Assembly: GCA_964016885.1 (NCBI GenBank)
Contig: OZ024747.1
Coordinates: forward strand, 31,496,001 to 31,560,000
Direction: 5' to 3'
Length of the DNA stretch: 64,000 nucleotides
DNA from: Eledone cirrhosa
Taxonomy: Eukaryota
Position numbers and translations under genes: made by a program. This document shows positions 29,638 through 43,208 of this stretch, in pieces. The notes beneath the pieces are model-generated. The model had not been told where the DNA came from. It ran no database searches and saw nothing but the letters and a program-made list of their open reading frames with translations. Position 1 is the first letter of the stretch. Every line of letters begins with the position of its first letter.

Positions 29638-30590
29638 CCTCACTCCAACTCTCACACCTACCCATCCTCGCCTCCCTACCATTCCGCCGACTGCTGCTAT
29701 GCCCTTCCGACCACTGTCTCAGCACCAACTGACCACAGCACTTCCACTGCTGACCACTTCCTGTTGCGCGCGCACCCCACATCTCTCCTCTTCCGACCAC
29801 CGCTTCTTGGATTACCCACACGCGTTTTGACTTCCCACCAAAATCTCCATACATCCGTGTAACTTACCACTTTTCAACCACCCTCTTACACCACCACCTA
29901 TATAACTCACCCACACACACACACCCCAAAACAAATTTTTTTTATCCACGCCACCCACACCCACAACACGCTTAAACCACACACACGTGCTTCCCACCAC
30001 ATATTTACACCCTCAGCCCCGATTCCTCTCCCCCCACCCCCCTATCCACACACGCACAGACCCTCCGACCCACAAAAACACCCCCCACACACACCTTCCT
30101 GAACATGCAACCCCGTTCTTCCCCCAACCCTCACTTTCACATACACGCACACACACACGCACACCTAACCACACACACCACCTTCAGCCCTCCCCGCTCG
30201 GACACCCCCGTCTCCCTCTCCCCACTCCACCCGCCACCACCTCTACTCACCCCACACCCTTCCACCACCTGTTTACCCCCCTTTTAATTTCAGTTTATTT
30301 TGATCATGCCTTTATTTTTAAATTTTCTCATTCCTTGTATTTTGATCATGCTTTATTTTTATTTATTATTTATTATATTTTTGTCTTTATTTGTTAATTT
30401 TTCATTCGCACCGTTTCCTTTCGCTATATGTCTCTCCACCACTCCCCTACACACCTTTTGAACTCTCACCTGAAGAAGGGCTTATGCCCGAAACGTCGTC
30501 CCCCACCTACCGCCCACTCTCCTGAGCGTGAATTTAATAAACATTTGTCGTACTGCCTCTCTGTTCTGTCCCTGTTCAATTTTTCATTAT
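29088..30590 (+). mobile_element. C/A-rich non-coding element ending in hammerhead plus polyA signal (probable non-autonomous PLE)
   Basis: About 1.2 kb C-rich low-complexity body, hammerhead at 30470, AATAAA at 30536, bounded by (TA)n on both sides. Confidence 0.6.
30466..30500 (+). ncRNA. Minimal hammerhead ribozyme
   Basis: CAC-CTGAAGA-A-GGGC(TTAT)GCCC-GAAA-CGTC-GT; palindromic ACGT stem III and GUC triplet; stem I only 2 bp. Confidence 0.75.
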
Positions 30591-30597
30591 ATATATA

Positions 30598-30636
<39 letters not shown>

Positions 30637-30644
<8 letters not shown>

Positions 30645-30910
30645 AATGAATAATAACAGGTAGACATCATAAAAAGGTAATTTATTCCGTGTGCTTACAA
30701 GTGTTTCCACAGTGGTACTGCAGCCTAGTTATGCTACGTGCAAATTCACAAGTACTTGCAGAACTCAGCATTGGATATTCGAGTTCTGCAAGTACTTGTG
30801 AATTTGCACGTAGCATAACTAGGCTGCAGTACCACCGTGGAAACACTTGTAAGCACACAGAATAAATTACCTTTTTATGATGTCTACCTGTTATTATTCA
30901 TTCTTTATAT
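30637..30910. repeat. About 130 bp inverted repeat (fold-back) with the 3' half of a hammerhead
   Basis: 30637-30766 is the reverse complement of 30781-30910; GAAACACTTGTA at 30840 and AATAAA at 30861. Confidence 0.9.
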
Positions 30911-31047
30911 ACAATACGGAATACTGAAGGATCAGGAACTAAGTTTCTTGAACAATTCTTCCATAACTCGTAGAGTAACCTCTTACCGTACGTCAACCAT
31001 ATCCAGTGTAGTAATTAACCATTACTACATCTTGGATAATCCTATAC

Positions 31048-31128
<81 letters not shown>

Positions 31129-31132
<4 letters not shown>

Positions 31133-33806
31133 CCTTCCCTAGTGAGGAATGTACATCCCAACATAGCTTAGTTGTCAGCGACCTCACGGTCAGAACTAGA
31201 CAAACCCGGAAACAGAGGCCAACCTGGAGAAGAAAGATCTGGAAGCTGAAAGTCCCCTCAACTAGTAACAGATTTAAAGATATTTTACTCAACGCCTATG
31301 ACAGTAAAGAGGAACAGATAGAGACATTTAACGTAGAAGAGAACTGGGAGTTCCTAAAAAATAATTTACTAGAGGCGACGGATGAGGTCTGTGGCTGGAG
31401 TAAGACCTCAAGCAGGAGGAGAGTGACTTGGTGGTGGAACAATAAGGTAGATGAAGCAGTTAAGGCCAAGAGACAGGCATGGAAAGAATGGAAGAACGGG
31501 GGGAGCAGGGTACATTACATAGAGACCAAGAGGGAAGCTAGGCGACAACTATACTTAGCTAGGAGGGAAGCAGAGGATAGAAAATTCAAGCATGTTTTAC
31601 AACGTGAGGACCAGAAACAGGAGGTATTCAAGATTGCGAGGCAGTGTGTCAGAGATAGTTGCGATGTCATTGGAGAGAAGTGTATCCGGAATGATAAAGA
31701 TGAGCTTGCCCTCACAAGTACTGAGAAGAAAGATGCATGGAAGAGTCATTATGATAGATTACTAAATGAGGAGAATGCATGGGAAGAAGAGACCCTACCC
31801 CAAGTAGACCCTATAGAGGGACCAGCAGTACAAGTCAGCAACAGCGTAGTAAGTAAGGCAATCAAAGATATGAAGATGGGGAAGGCAACCGGTCCATCGG
31901 GTATAGCTGCCGAGATGCTGAAGGCATCTGGGTCTGTAGGTTACACTATAACCACACGTATCGTTAACCAGGTAATACTAGAAGGGGCCATACCAAAAGA
32001 TTGGTGCAGTAGCATCATTGTCAACTGCTACAAAGGTAAAGGTGATGCACTAGATAGAGGAAACTATAGAGGTATAAAGTTGATGGACCAGGTCATGAAA
32101 GCAACAGAAAGAGTTATAGCACAGCTGATTAGGGACCGGGTGAATATAGACGAGATGCAATTTGGGTTTGTACCAGGAAGAGGCACCACTGATGCCCTCT
32201 TCCTTGTGAGGCAATTACAGGAAAAGTACCTAGCTAAAAGTAAGCCACTCTACTTGGCATTTGTCGACCTTGAGAAAGCCTTTGACAGAGTTCCACGTGC
32301 TGTAATCTGGTGGGCTCTTAGAAAACTAGGAGTAGATGAATGGCTTGTGAAAGCGGTACAAGCCATGTATAGGGGAGCAGTCAGCAAAGTTAGGATTAGC
32401 AGTGAATATAGCGAGGAATTTAGCATACAGGTTGGGGTCCACCAGGGCTCTGTCCTTAGCCCTCTCCTGTTCATCATATTCCTGCAGGCAATAACGGAGG
32501 AGTTTAAGACCGGATGCCCATGGGAACTCCTGTATGCTGATGACCTCGCACTCATAGCTGAATCTATGGTAGAGCTAGAGAATAAATTCCAAACCTGGAA
32601 GCAGGGACTAGAGAGAAAGGGTCTCAAAGTCAACATGACAAAGACTAAGGTCCTTGTAAGTAGACGAGAAAACAGAACCCAGATCCCCTCCCGGGAAATG
32701 GCCTTGCTCAGTATGTAGGAAAGGTGTAGGTAGGAACTCCATTCTCTGCCCCAAATGCAAACAATGGGTACACAAGAGATGTAGCGGGATCTCAGGAAGC
32801 TTAATTAAGAATGTAGGATTCACATGCAGCAGCTGTGCTGAAACAGCAAGCAGCAAACAGCCACAGGAAACAAGTACCACCAATCTCTGGGAGGGCCCTG
32901 TAGAAACAGTAGACAGCTTCTGCTACCTAGGTGACCGAATTAGCAACGGAGGTGAGTGTTCAGAAAGTACAATAACTAGGGTAAGAACGGGATGGAAGAA
33001 GTTTAGGGAACTACTACCACTGCTAGCTGCAAAAGGCTTCTCCCTCAGAATGAAAGGCAGACTGTATGATGCGTGTATCCGAACAGCGATGTTGCATGGT
33101 AGTGAGACCTGGGCGCTGAAGGTGGAAGACTTACGTAGATTAGAGAGAAACGAAGCCTGCATGCTCCGATGGATGTGTAACAGTAATATACGTGAACGAC
33201 AAAGCATAAATGAATTGAGAGAGAGACTGAGCATAAGAGGAATCAAATGCTGTGTGCAGGAGAGGCGGTTGCGCTGGTATGGACATGTGATGCGTATGAA
33301 GGATGACAGCTGCATAAAAAGGTGCAGAGCACTAGAAGTTGATGGAAACCGCGGAGTGGGGAGACCCAAGATGACCTGGGATGACGTGATAAAAGCCGAC
33401 CTTACCCAATTACACCTCTCAAAGACAATGACACACGACCGTGACCTCTGGCGTCACACAGTAATACAGAGTACCCGACCTCCCATGGGTACATGCTGAA
33501 GCATATAAACAATATGCCCCCACATCCCCCACCGCAAGGTGGTCGTGGAGGTGCCACGGCAAAAAAGCACCCAGCCCACACTGTAAAGTGGACGTGTAGG
33601 CGCCACGAAAAAGCACCCAGCACTCACTGTAAATGAGGTTGGTGTTAGGAAGGGCATCCAGCTGTAGAAATCAAGCCAGATCAGTTCCTGTATGAGCAAG
33701 GCATGGTCAGCCGACCAGACACTGCACACAACAGGACAACCCATCTAACCCATGCTAGCGTGGAAGAACGGACGTATAACGGTGATGATGATGATGATGA
33801 TGATGA
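31129..33806 (+). mobile_element. Near-intact 5'-truncated RTE LINE (end of APE, RT, PHD-like insert, C-terminus)
   Basis: Frame open from 31129 (..ECTSQHSLVVSD, APE end); NYRGI, QFGF, FVDLEKAFD, GVHQGSVLSP, YADD; one frameshift near 32690; stop at 33499; (GAT)n tail. Confidence 0.95.
31423..32718 (+). pseudogene. RTE reverse transcriptase ORF (frameshifted at its end)
   Basis: 431 aa ORF with all core non-LTR RT motifs including YADD. Confidence 0.92.
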
Positions 33807-34395
33807 TATATATATATATATACGTATACATGTTAATCCATTGTCATATATTATTCTGAAATGAGAGAAATGCATATTGCTTGTTTCAGGCTCTTTCTGA
33901 GAGTTATTTCCTAAATGAATTCAATGTTTTATGAATTTTATTATTTTTACCTTAATTTTCTTTCATGGTTTTAGAATTTCTCATTGAAAAAATGGGACCA
34001 AAAATTCCATTTACAACTAACAATGTGGTCATTAATTTATCTTAAAAGATTCAACAGCTTCAAAAGAAAACACATGATTTCCTTTTCAACATTAAAGAAT
34101 ATTATCAGTGCTATATTGTAAAATCTTTTCTCATACAGATTTCCATCAAAATTATGAAGTATAGAATAATTTTTTTCTATAATACAATATTACTTTCCAT
34201 TTCAAACAATAAATAGATAAACACAATTTAAAGGATTGAAAATAATTACACACACATATATATATATGCCTGTATACGAACAGCAATGTTACATGGCAGT
34301 GAGACATGGGCATTGTGTGCAGAGGACCTGCGCAGACTGGAAAGGAATGAAGCATGCAAGCGGGGAAAAGCGGACGTAAAATGATGATGATAATG

Positions 34396-34426
<31 letters not shown>

Positions 34427-34544
34427 CACACACAAGCACACATATATATATATACATACACATATGTGTTTACACATAAACACATATATATATACACATG
34501 CATATATACGTATAGAAACATATATATATATACATATATATATA

Positions 34545-34865
34545 TCATCATCATCATCATCATTTTACGTCCGCTTTTCCCTGCTTGCAAGGGTGGGACG
34601 GGAACTGATTCTGGCTTGATTTCTACAGCTGGATGGCCTTCCTAACACCAACCTCATTTACAGTGAGTGCTGGGTGCTTTTTTGCCGTAGCACCTACACG
34701 ACCACTTTGCAGTGGAATGATAGGGACCCCAGTCCCTATCATCTAATTTCTACAGCTGAGTAAACTGGAGCAATGTGAAATAAAGTGTCTTGCTTAAGGA
34801 AACAACACATCACTCGGTCTGAGAATTGAACTCACAACCTCTCGATTGCAAGCCCAATGCCCCTC
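34545..34865 (-). mobile_element. tRNA-head SINE with RTE tail (second copy)
   Basis: Homologous to 3940-4320 with one fewer 3' repeat unit. Confidence 0.8.
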
Positions 34866-34893
34866 CATATGTATGTACGTATGTATGTATGTG

Positions 34894-34951
<58 letters not shown>

Positions 34952-37900
34952 TAAATGTTTCGATGGATTATTTTTAAATATCTATTTGTGAATGAAGAAT
35001 ATATCAAGGTATTTGATCCTTTAATTCACCATATTTCAAAACACCACGGAATCATTTTCAGACGTTTTGTTAATTGTGTAAAATGTAAAGGTGTACGACA
35101 TTGTATTGATGAAACATTTGAATAGCATCTAAATGTGTTACATTGTCTAATTACAATAAATGGCAAAACATTGAGTTTCTCTAACATTTCTTTATCTGTT
35201 TCCATAAAGCTTTATATCCACTCCTTCCATGTTGATGGCTATTTTGATCTTTCTATTTTGGCTCTACTTCTATATGACATGCATGACAAATTGCATGCTT
35301 AGACTAGAGCATGTTTCACCACTGCAGTGGAATATATTTTCCTAAAATGCTAGAGGGTTTATTTTTTTATTGCTGTATATCTCATATTTATAGTAGACAT
35401 AATGTATTTTTGTCTGATGAATTAATGCATTATTCCCTTTTCTTATTCATCGCTCATAAATAATAACACATTACTATAACACATTACTATAGGAATAGTT
35501 GAAACAATATCATCATTATTGGTATGTTGGCAGAATGTATTGGTTGAGCTCTTTATATTCTGAGTTCAAATCTTATCAAGATTCCTTCCTCCTAAATTTG
35601 CTGGATTTTCAGAATTGTTAAAGCATTAGACAAAAATGTGGCATTTATTTGTGTTCTTTATATTCTGTGTGTTAATTCTAGCCATGCACAATTTTACTTT
35701 CATCTTTCTGGGGCAAGTAAAATATAGTTCAAGTCAAGTACTGTTTTAGATTTTCCCTTTTAGATACAATAGCATCAGAAACTCTCCCTGGTTCTGATAC
35801 ACAAGTTTGTTTTTTTTAAAGTGTTTAAATTAATCTAAAAAAAAAAACCTTCCGTCATGATTTCATGTTACAGAAACCTGCACAATATTGAGTGAGTTAG
35901 TTATGTTACTAAAAACTTTCAAATTCCTGATTACTTTTGAAATTATTTGAAAATCATACACAATATCTTTCATAAGAAATATGCTAACAGCAGTGTTAAT
36001 TGTCTAGTTCCTTAAAATTTCTGACTTAGTGCCAATGGTATAAATGATATTGTTTTATTCCACCACAGCCCATTGGTTGGGTGGAGGTATGTAGCCTAGT
36101 GGTAAGGGTGTTGGACTCTGTTGTTAATAGGAAAAAAAGCAAGTAAATGCTGAGGTCAATTATTTAATACAACTCCTCTCTAAAATCTGAGGTCTTGTAA
36201 TAAAGTTATGATTCTTTACAGTTATTTATTTTTATTATTAAGGGTGGTGGATTGGCAGTATCAGTAGAGCCTACGACAACATACTTTGTAACATATATTT
36301 ACAGATATTTACATTCTGAGTTCAAATTTTGCTGAGGTTAGCTTTGCTTTTCATCATTAAGTGAATAAAATATAGCACCCATAATGGATCAATTTAATAG
36401 ACTTTCCGTTTCCCTTCAAATGGCTGGCCTTGTGCCAAAGATAAAAACAACTATTATTGTTATTATTATTATTAATGGGTTTTCTCCACAAATGTCCCTC
36501 GGAAGTCTCCCCCCTATTGTGGAATTTTTCATTGTTTATTTTTTTGTTACATCCTCTGTTTTTTTTACATGCAGAAATGCCCATTTGTACCATCCTGTAT
36601 TGTCCTGTACTGTCTTTAATGTCTACTTTATGTAAACCCTTGTGGTTAATAAAGAAAGCATTATTATTATTATTATATTTTATTAATATTGTTTGTATTA
36701 TTTTCATTATTATAGTTAGTGTTTTTATTATTTTTGCTATTCTTTCTCTTCTTCAGAGTCCAATAAATTGGAAGTGTATATTAAATCTTATTACAATAAG
36801 CAGAAGTAACAACCACTCATTAATTGATCCATTCATGATACCATTCAGCTCTCATGTCTTTTTATAAGCAGGCGAAAATCCCCCTTAGAGAATCAATTTT
36901 CAATATATATAACTAGTACTGTTTACCTGTTATAATACTTTGGAGAATTCAGTGTAATTTGAACATTCATCAAATACCTGTTTCTAAGTTTTCTTATCTA
37001 ATCACAAAGCATAGTTTGATGAGAATATTATTAAGTGTCTATTGAAATGAATGCTTCAAAACTTCAGGATCATTTCCATTGTAAGTGTACTACTGTACCC
37101 AAGATATCACTTTAGCTCTGTATGCTTTTGCTTCTTATTGTTACAGTTCAAAGTAAGCTGAGAGAGATTTTCACATTGTCAGTAAGTAGCTGAGAACCAT
37201 TTAAAGTCATCAGCAATATATTTCTCTATGCTTTTATCATGTGTGATTATTTCTCATTGTATTGACATAACATAAGAACTTTTCAATGAAACGTATTAGA
37301 TATTGTCATCAATGTACATGCTTCATCAAACTGTTTAATTCCATTCCTTTTTTATTATTCAGCATATATAACTAAAACTACCTTCTATGCTATCTTTTAT
37401 TCATCATTACCTTTCTTTCCATTTGTACTTAAGTATACTTCAATCTAATACACAACAAATGCATGAAAGTTAAAGTTAACTTATTTTTCTTTCTATTATA
37501 TTTTAGTCATCTCATCTGTTTATCAGATTGCATGGACCTGTCATTTCATATGAATTCAACAATATATTTATTCCTTTGTTATAATTTTTCTAATGAAAAA
37601 CACTGCTTATGATTTTAAATTCATTTTGAAACTTCACGAATTGGGAAGGATTTAGTAATATAATTAAGTTTTCTCATTATTTAGCTGATATTTCAAGAAT
37701 AACATAACAACGGTTCTTTCCTTAAATTATGATTGAAATTTTTTTAGATGAATTTAAACACTTAAAATATTTTGATAGCAACCGGCCTGAAACTTTCCAT
37801 TAGAAATTTATATCAGAACGTTTTTATTGTTTTACAGAAAACGTTATTTTAGTAAAACTCTCCAAATTCTTGTTTATGTAAAATATTAACTGAAAAACAT

Positions 37901-38004
37901 TTAATGTATTTCATGAGAAATATGGTAATGAAATGGTTAAAATAATCAGCTTTATATAGTGGAATCAGGTTTAGTTTCAGACAATTTGGTATCAATATGG
38001 TTAA

Positions 38005-38310
38005 GTCAGGTAGAGTTGCTATTTATCCGAATTGAGAGACCACAACTCCAATAATATGGGCATGTAGTTAGAATGTCTCAGGAAAGAATTGCCAGAAAGA
38101 TTTTTTGGGCAAAACCAACTGGCAGAAGACTCAGGGGTATACCCCAAGCAAGACGGTTGTATAACATTGATGAGCTCATCTGGTCTCACTTGGGGATCCA
38201 GCCAGATCAGTTGGAAATGGTTACTTCTGACAGGACCCGCTGGAAGGAGTGTTTGAGGGCTCTGCTCCTACAACCCTTTCAGGAATCAGTAGGAGGAGGA
38301 GAAAAAGAAG
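38005..38310 (+). mobile_element. Expander-like RTE 3' fragment
   Basis: ORF 38073-38336 MSQERIARKIFWAKPTGRRLRG.PQARRL..RWKECLRALL. Confidence 0.7.
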
Positions 38311-38594
38311 GGTTAAGCCATACCATTGTTATCTAATACCTAATCAGCTGACTTTGATTTATATGAAATAAGAATAAAAACTGTCATAGACAAGAAAAAT
38401 ATACTGAAGATGTCCAAACAACACCATTCTTCTGTCAAATGACAACAAACAACATTCTGCAGCCCCTATTATGTTTTTTTTTTCTTGCAACATAGATTAA
38501 TTGATCGGCAGCTGTTGAAAAAACACAACAAAGGACATATAACATACATATATATATATGTAAGTATATATATGTGTGTGTATATATATATATA

Positions 38595-38762
38595 CCATAT
38601 TTCCCGGCACCGAAAACACTTCGTCCTCAGGGACATACGCTAATTTTGTCAACCAAAAATTTGAAAAAAGTAATAAACAACCTTCAGCCTCCAGGATGCA
38701 TGGTAGAATTTTGAGACTTATTTTAGGAAAAAGAATAGCGTCTTTGATGCTGGGAAATACAG
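38595..38762. mobile_element. MITE with about 25 bp TIRs and TA TSD (Tc1/mariner/pogo type)
   Basis: Left end CCATATTTCCCGGCACCGAAAACAC; right end reverse complement CTGTATTTCCCAGCATCAAAGACGC; TA on both sides. Confidence 0.75.
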
Positions 38763-39198
38763 TATATATTCTCTCTTAATAAAAGAAAAAAAAGTTTCAT
38801 TTTAACAGGAAGTCAATAAATACTTCATTAAACACAGACATCTCCAGAAACTAAGGATATAACATGTATACCATAAAGATGACTGGTAGCTAGGTTATAG
38901 ATATAGCATTCTTAAAACAGAGATCGGCAGATGTTAGTATATGTAGAGATATGCATCAGCTCATCAATTCTTGAGAATGTAAAGTGGAAACATCACAGAT
39001 AATATACTAACTTAGCAGTGTATGAACTAAATCTGGAGAAGTATTACTTACAGATTTTCGATAATGAAGATGTAAGACTTTTGAAAGGTTATTAATAGTT
39101 CATGTAGAGTAAATAGATATAGAGCTGAGCAAGCTGATAGTCTGCCAACTTATTGGTGCAAAGGTCAATGTTTTGATACTTGGTCATCGGTAAATAGT

Positions 39199-39470
39199 GG
39201 AGGCATGGGGCCTAGTGGTAAGGGTGTTGGATTTATGATCATAATGTTGTGGGCTAGATTCCTGGACTGGGTTGTGTGTTGTGTTCTTGAGCAAAACACT
39301 TCATTTCATGTTGCTCCAGTATACTCAACTGAAAATGAGTACCAGCAATGGCTGCTTGAGATGGATTGGTGTCCTGTCCAAGGGGAAGTCTAGTACTCTT
39401 AGTCGCTTCATGTCACAGAAATAGGGAGAAGCACCAGCCTGATGAGCCTCTGGGTGCAAGACAGACTTTA
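39199..39470 (+). mobile_element. tRNA-derived SINE family B (full length)
   Basis: GGAGGCATGGGGCCTAGTGG head, CTTGAGCAAAACACTTCATTTCA core, GATGGATTGGTGTCCTGTCCAAGGG domain; copies at 50605-50830 (+) and 62630-62925 (-). Confidence 0.75.
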
Positions 39471-40962
39471 GAGACACCTGTAAAAGTGAACAAGTCCAGT
39501 CAATATCATATGAGACTAGGTTTTTATTTCAAATCTGCAGTAGAGTCTTCTTTGCATATTTGAACAGCACACTTAATTTTCTGTCGAGAGTAAATGAGAT
39601 CTGGAAATGCCAATACAATATTTATCTCTCACTGTCTTGCAGGTAATAAAATCAGAATTTAACCCTGTCACTTTAAACCTTCCCTCCTTTGAGGTTAAGT
39701 GATAGTTTGCATTTAAATTTAACCTGACTATCAATGTTAAAGAGGCAATCTAAGTAAGATTAGTAATAGAAAAAGATTACACTAGTTGCACTACTTGTAC
39801 TGTATATATATTTACATATAAGGGATACATTTTCTTTAGCATGCACAGTTAAGTTTAAATCTCAGAAATCTAACTATGGTTTTTAAAACTCACAACTTTT
39901 TATATAAAAAGAAAATTAAGTGTGTCATGCAAATGTTTTATGGTCTTGGCAGATAACATTGCTATTGCATTATTCCAGAGGATAGTGAGAGAGATAAACC
40001 TGAAAGAGCCAGTTCACCTTGTAGGGCTCTTTATTGTGGGTGGTTATTTCCATCTTGATCAAAGTAAGTAGGTGGGGATTCAGAATGTATTATGCCAGAT
40101 GTTTCCTCTGTTATATGTTCAACAAGAGGACAGGTAGTTCTTTGTCACCTCGTGCTCTTCAGCATGTTATGTGATGAAGCCTTGGTCACACTCAGACACC
40201 GATTTCATGAGGTTGCCACTGATCAAAGTATCACTGTGAGCTACATCTAACTAAGAAACAAATTGCTTTTATCATTATGGCTAACCTGGGTAGTGTATTG
40301 GCAATGCCAGTAGAGCATCAGAAAAAATGTTGTGGCATATAGTTATGACCCTTTATGTTCTGAGTTCAAATCCCATCAAGGGTAGTTTGGCCTTTCATCC
40401 TTATGGGGTTGATGAAATAAAGTACCAATAACACACTGAGATCAATTTAATTTACTTTCTACTACCCCAAAATTGTTGACCTTATGTCTAAATCAGAAAA
40501 AATTATTAGAGCCAACCTGGCCTTTCATTATATATAATAAATAAAACACAGTCAACATTAATACACCCCAAAATAGTTATATATTGACCTACATATGTAA
40601 ACTAAGAAAAATAAAACAAACAATAAATTACACCATTACAATAGACACTGGGAGAAAAACAACAAGAACAGCAGCAACAATAGTAACTAACTAACAATTA
40701 TCAACCAGAATTGGAAAGAAGCCAGCAGAGTAAATATTTGTGCATTACCTATTTAACGAAACCATCTATTAGAAAAGTGCAAAATTCAATTAGGCCTCAA
40801 GAGATATACTCATAAAATATCGAAAAGGATTGAGTGTATTGTATGAGCTGTGAATATATATTGATGTTATTTTTATATATATCACTATATATAGCCATCT
40901 AAATTTTTCTGCCTGAATTATCATCACCTTAGCATTAATACATATTTCTCTCTTTCTGTGTG

Positions 40963-41078
<116 letters not shown>

Positions 41079-41162
41079 AAAGGTCTATTTAAATTGTTGG
41101 GATACAACAAGCAAATATTTTTATAACTGATATAAAGCACTCAACAAATATTTGGAGTAAAA

Positions 41163-41510
41163 ATACGATATTAACAAATGGAAACTATATTTATAAAACC
41201 ATATTTATTTCATTATACATATTTCAAGGACACCAAGTTAAATTATGGTGTGCTTTTATCAGATAAAATATAATATAGATCAGTTTTATAAATAAATATT
41301 GACATACCCTTAAAGAATGCAACTATCCGGGAGCTTCCAACAGCAATGGTTGCATTCTTTAAGGGTATGTCAATATTTATTTATAAAACTGATCTATATT
41401 ATATTTTATCTGATGAAAGCACACCATAATTTAACTTGGTGTCCTTGAAATATGTATAATGAAATAAATATGGTTTTATAAATATAGTTTCTATTTGTTA
41501 ATATCGTATA
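41163..41510. repeat. About 160 bp inverted repeat (fold-back) with a hammerhead-like motif in each arm
   Basis: 41163-41323 is the reverse complement of about 41348-41510; CTGATGA at 41410, stem II ACACCA/TGGTGT, GAAA at 41447, AATAAA at 41463. Confidence 0.9.
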
Positions 41511-41629
41511 TATATATATATATTTATATATACATAAACATACAAACATTTATATGATGTATGTATATTTATATAATACTAGCAGGGGAACCTTATGCTA
41601 GTCCTGTTACCCTCTTATTATATATATAT

Positions 41630-42465
41630 ATCAGAAAGTACAATAACTAGGGTAAGAACGGGATGGAAGAAGTTCAAGGAACTACTGCCACTGCTAGCTG
41701 CAAAAGGCTTTTCCCTCAAAATGAAAGGCAGACTGTATGATGCGTGTATATGAACAGCAATGTTACATGGTAGTGAGACCTGGGCGCTGAAGGTGAAAGA
41801 CTTGCGTAGATTAGAAAGTGACGAAGCCTGCATGCTCCGATGGATGTGTAATAATATACGCGAACGGCAAAGCATAAATGAATTGAGAGAGAGACTGAGC
41901 ATAAGAAGAATCAAATGCTGTGTGCAGGAGAGTCGGTTGCATTGGTATGGACATGTGATGTGTATGAAGGATGACAGCTGCATAAAAAGGTGCAGAGCAC
42001 TAAAAGTCAATGGAAACCGTGGAGTGGGGAGACCCAAGAAGACCTGGGATGAGGTGATAAAAGCCGACCTTACCCAATTACACCTCTCAAAGGCAATGAC
42101 ACATGACCGTGATCTCTCGCGTCACGCAGTAATACAGAGTACCCGAGCTCCCATTGGTACAAGCTGAAGCATATAGACAATATGCCCCACACCCTCCCAC
42201 TGCAAAGTGGTCGTGGAGGTGCCATGGCAAAAAAGCACCCAGCCCACACTGTAAAGTGGACGTGTAGGCGCCACGGAAAAAAGCACCCAGCACTCACTGT
42301 AAATTAGGTTGGTATTAGGAAGGGCATCCAGCTGTAGAAATCAAGCCAAAATCAGTTCCTGTATGAGCAAGGCATGGTCAGCCGACCAGACACTCCCCAC
42401 AACAAGACATGTCTAACCCATGCTAGCATGGAAGAACGGACGTAAAACGGTGATGATGATGATGA
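41630..42465 (+). mobile_element. 5'-truncated RTE LINE copy
   Basis: Close copy of 32960-33806; ORF 41760-42167; (GAT)n tail. Confidence 0.9.
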
Positions 42466-42642
42466 GATATATATATATATATATATATATTAAAATAACA
42501 GATTAAAGTTTCAGCAAAGAATCGGTGCTTTCACCCTTAACGTTATTTTAATAAATATTTGCTCTACAGTTTTATATATTTGATATATATTTATCCTTAT
42601 CGAGTCCTCTTTGGATTTTAATCTTCACATTTATTGTTATTA

Positions 42643-42830
42643 CTGGATTGGCAGTATCGGTAGAGGGTCAGACGCCATGCTTTACAACAAAGAGTTATGG
42701 CCCTTTATGGTCTGAGTTCAAATCCCGCTGAGGGCAACTTTGCCTTTCATCCTTACGGGGGCGATAAAATAAAGTACCAGCAATTCATTGGGATAATTGC
42801 TGGACTTGTGCCAAATGTATAAACAATTAC
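42643..42830 (+). mobile_element. SINE family A
   Basis: TGGCAGTATCGG A box, GAGTTCAAATCC B box, GCCTTTCATCCTTACGGGG core. Confidence 0.85.
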
Positions 42831-43124
42831 TATATATATATATATATATATTTATTAAAATAACAGATTAAATTTTAAGCAAAGAATCGCTGCTTTTACC
42901 CTTAACGGGATCTTCTGAAACTAACAAAGTCAAATTATATATTTGATATATATTTATCCTTATCGAGCCCTCTTTGGATTTTAGTCTTCAAATTTATTAT
43001 TATTACTATATATATATATGCAAAACTTTCTACCTTGACCACTGGCCACGTGATGGTTCTTAGCCATTTTGAATTCATTTCTAGTGGGGATCATGGTAGA
43101 AGAATCTTAGTCCAGTCAGAGGTA

Positions 43125-43208
43125 TCTCCTGATGAGTTCCGAGCCTCGTGGATTTATCCTGGACCAGATATATCCAAAAAGTGGAACAAAACCACCGGTT
43201 GGTAGAGA
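43125..43208 (+). ncRNA. Type I hammerhead motif with one core mutation
   Basis: TCTC-CTGATGA-GTTCC..GGAAC-AAAA (GAAA with G>A)-CCACCGGTTGG-TA-GAGA; stems I, II and III all pair. Confidence 0.7.
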
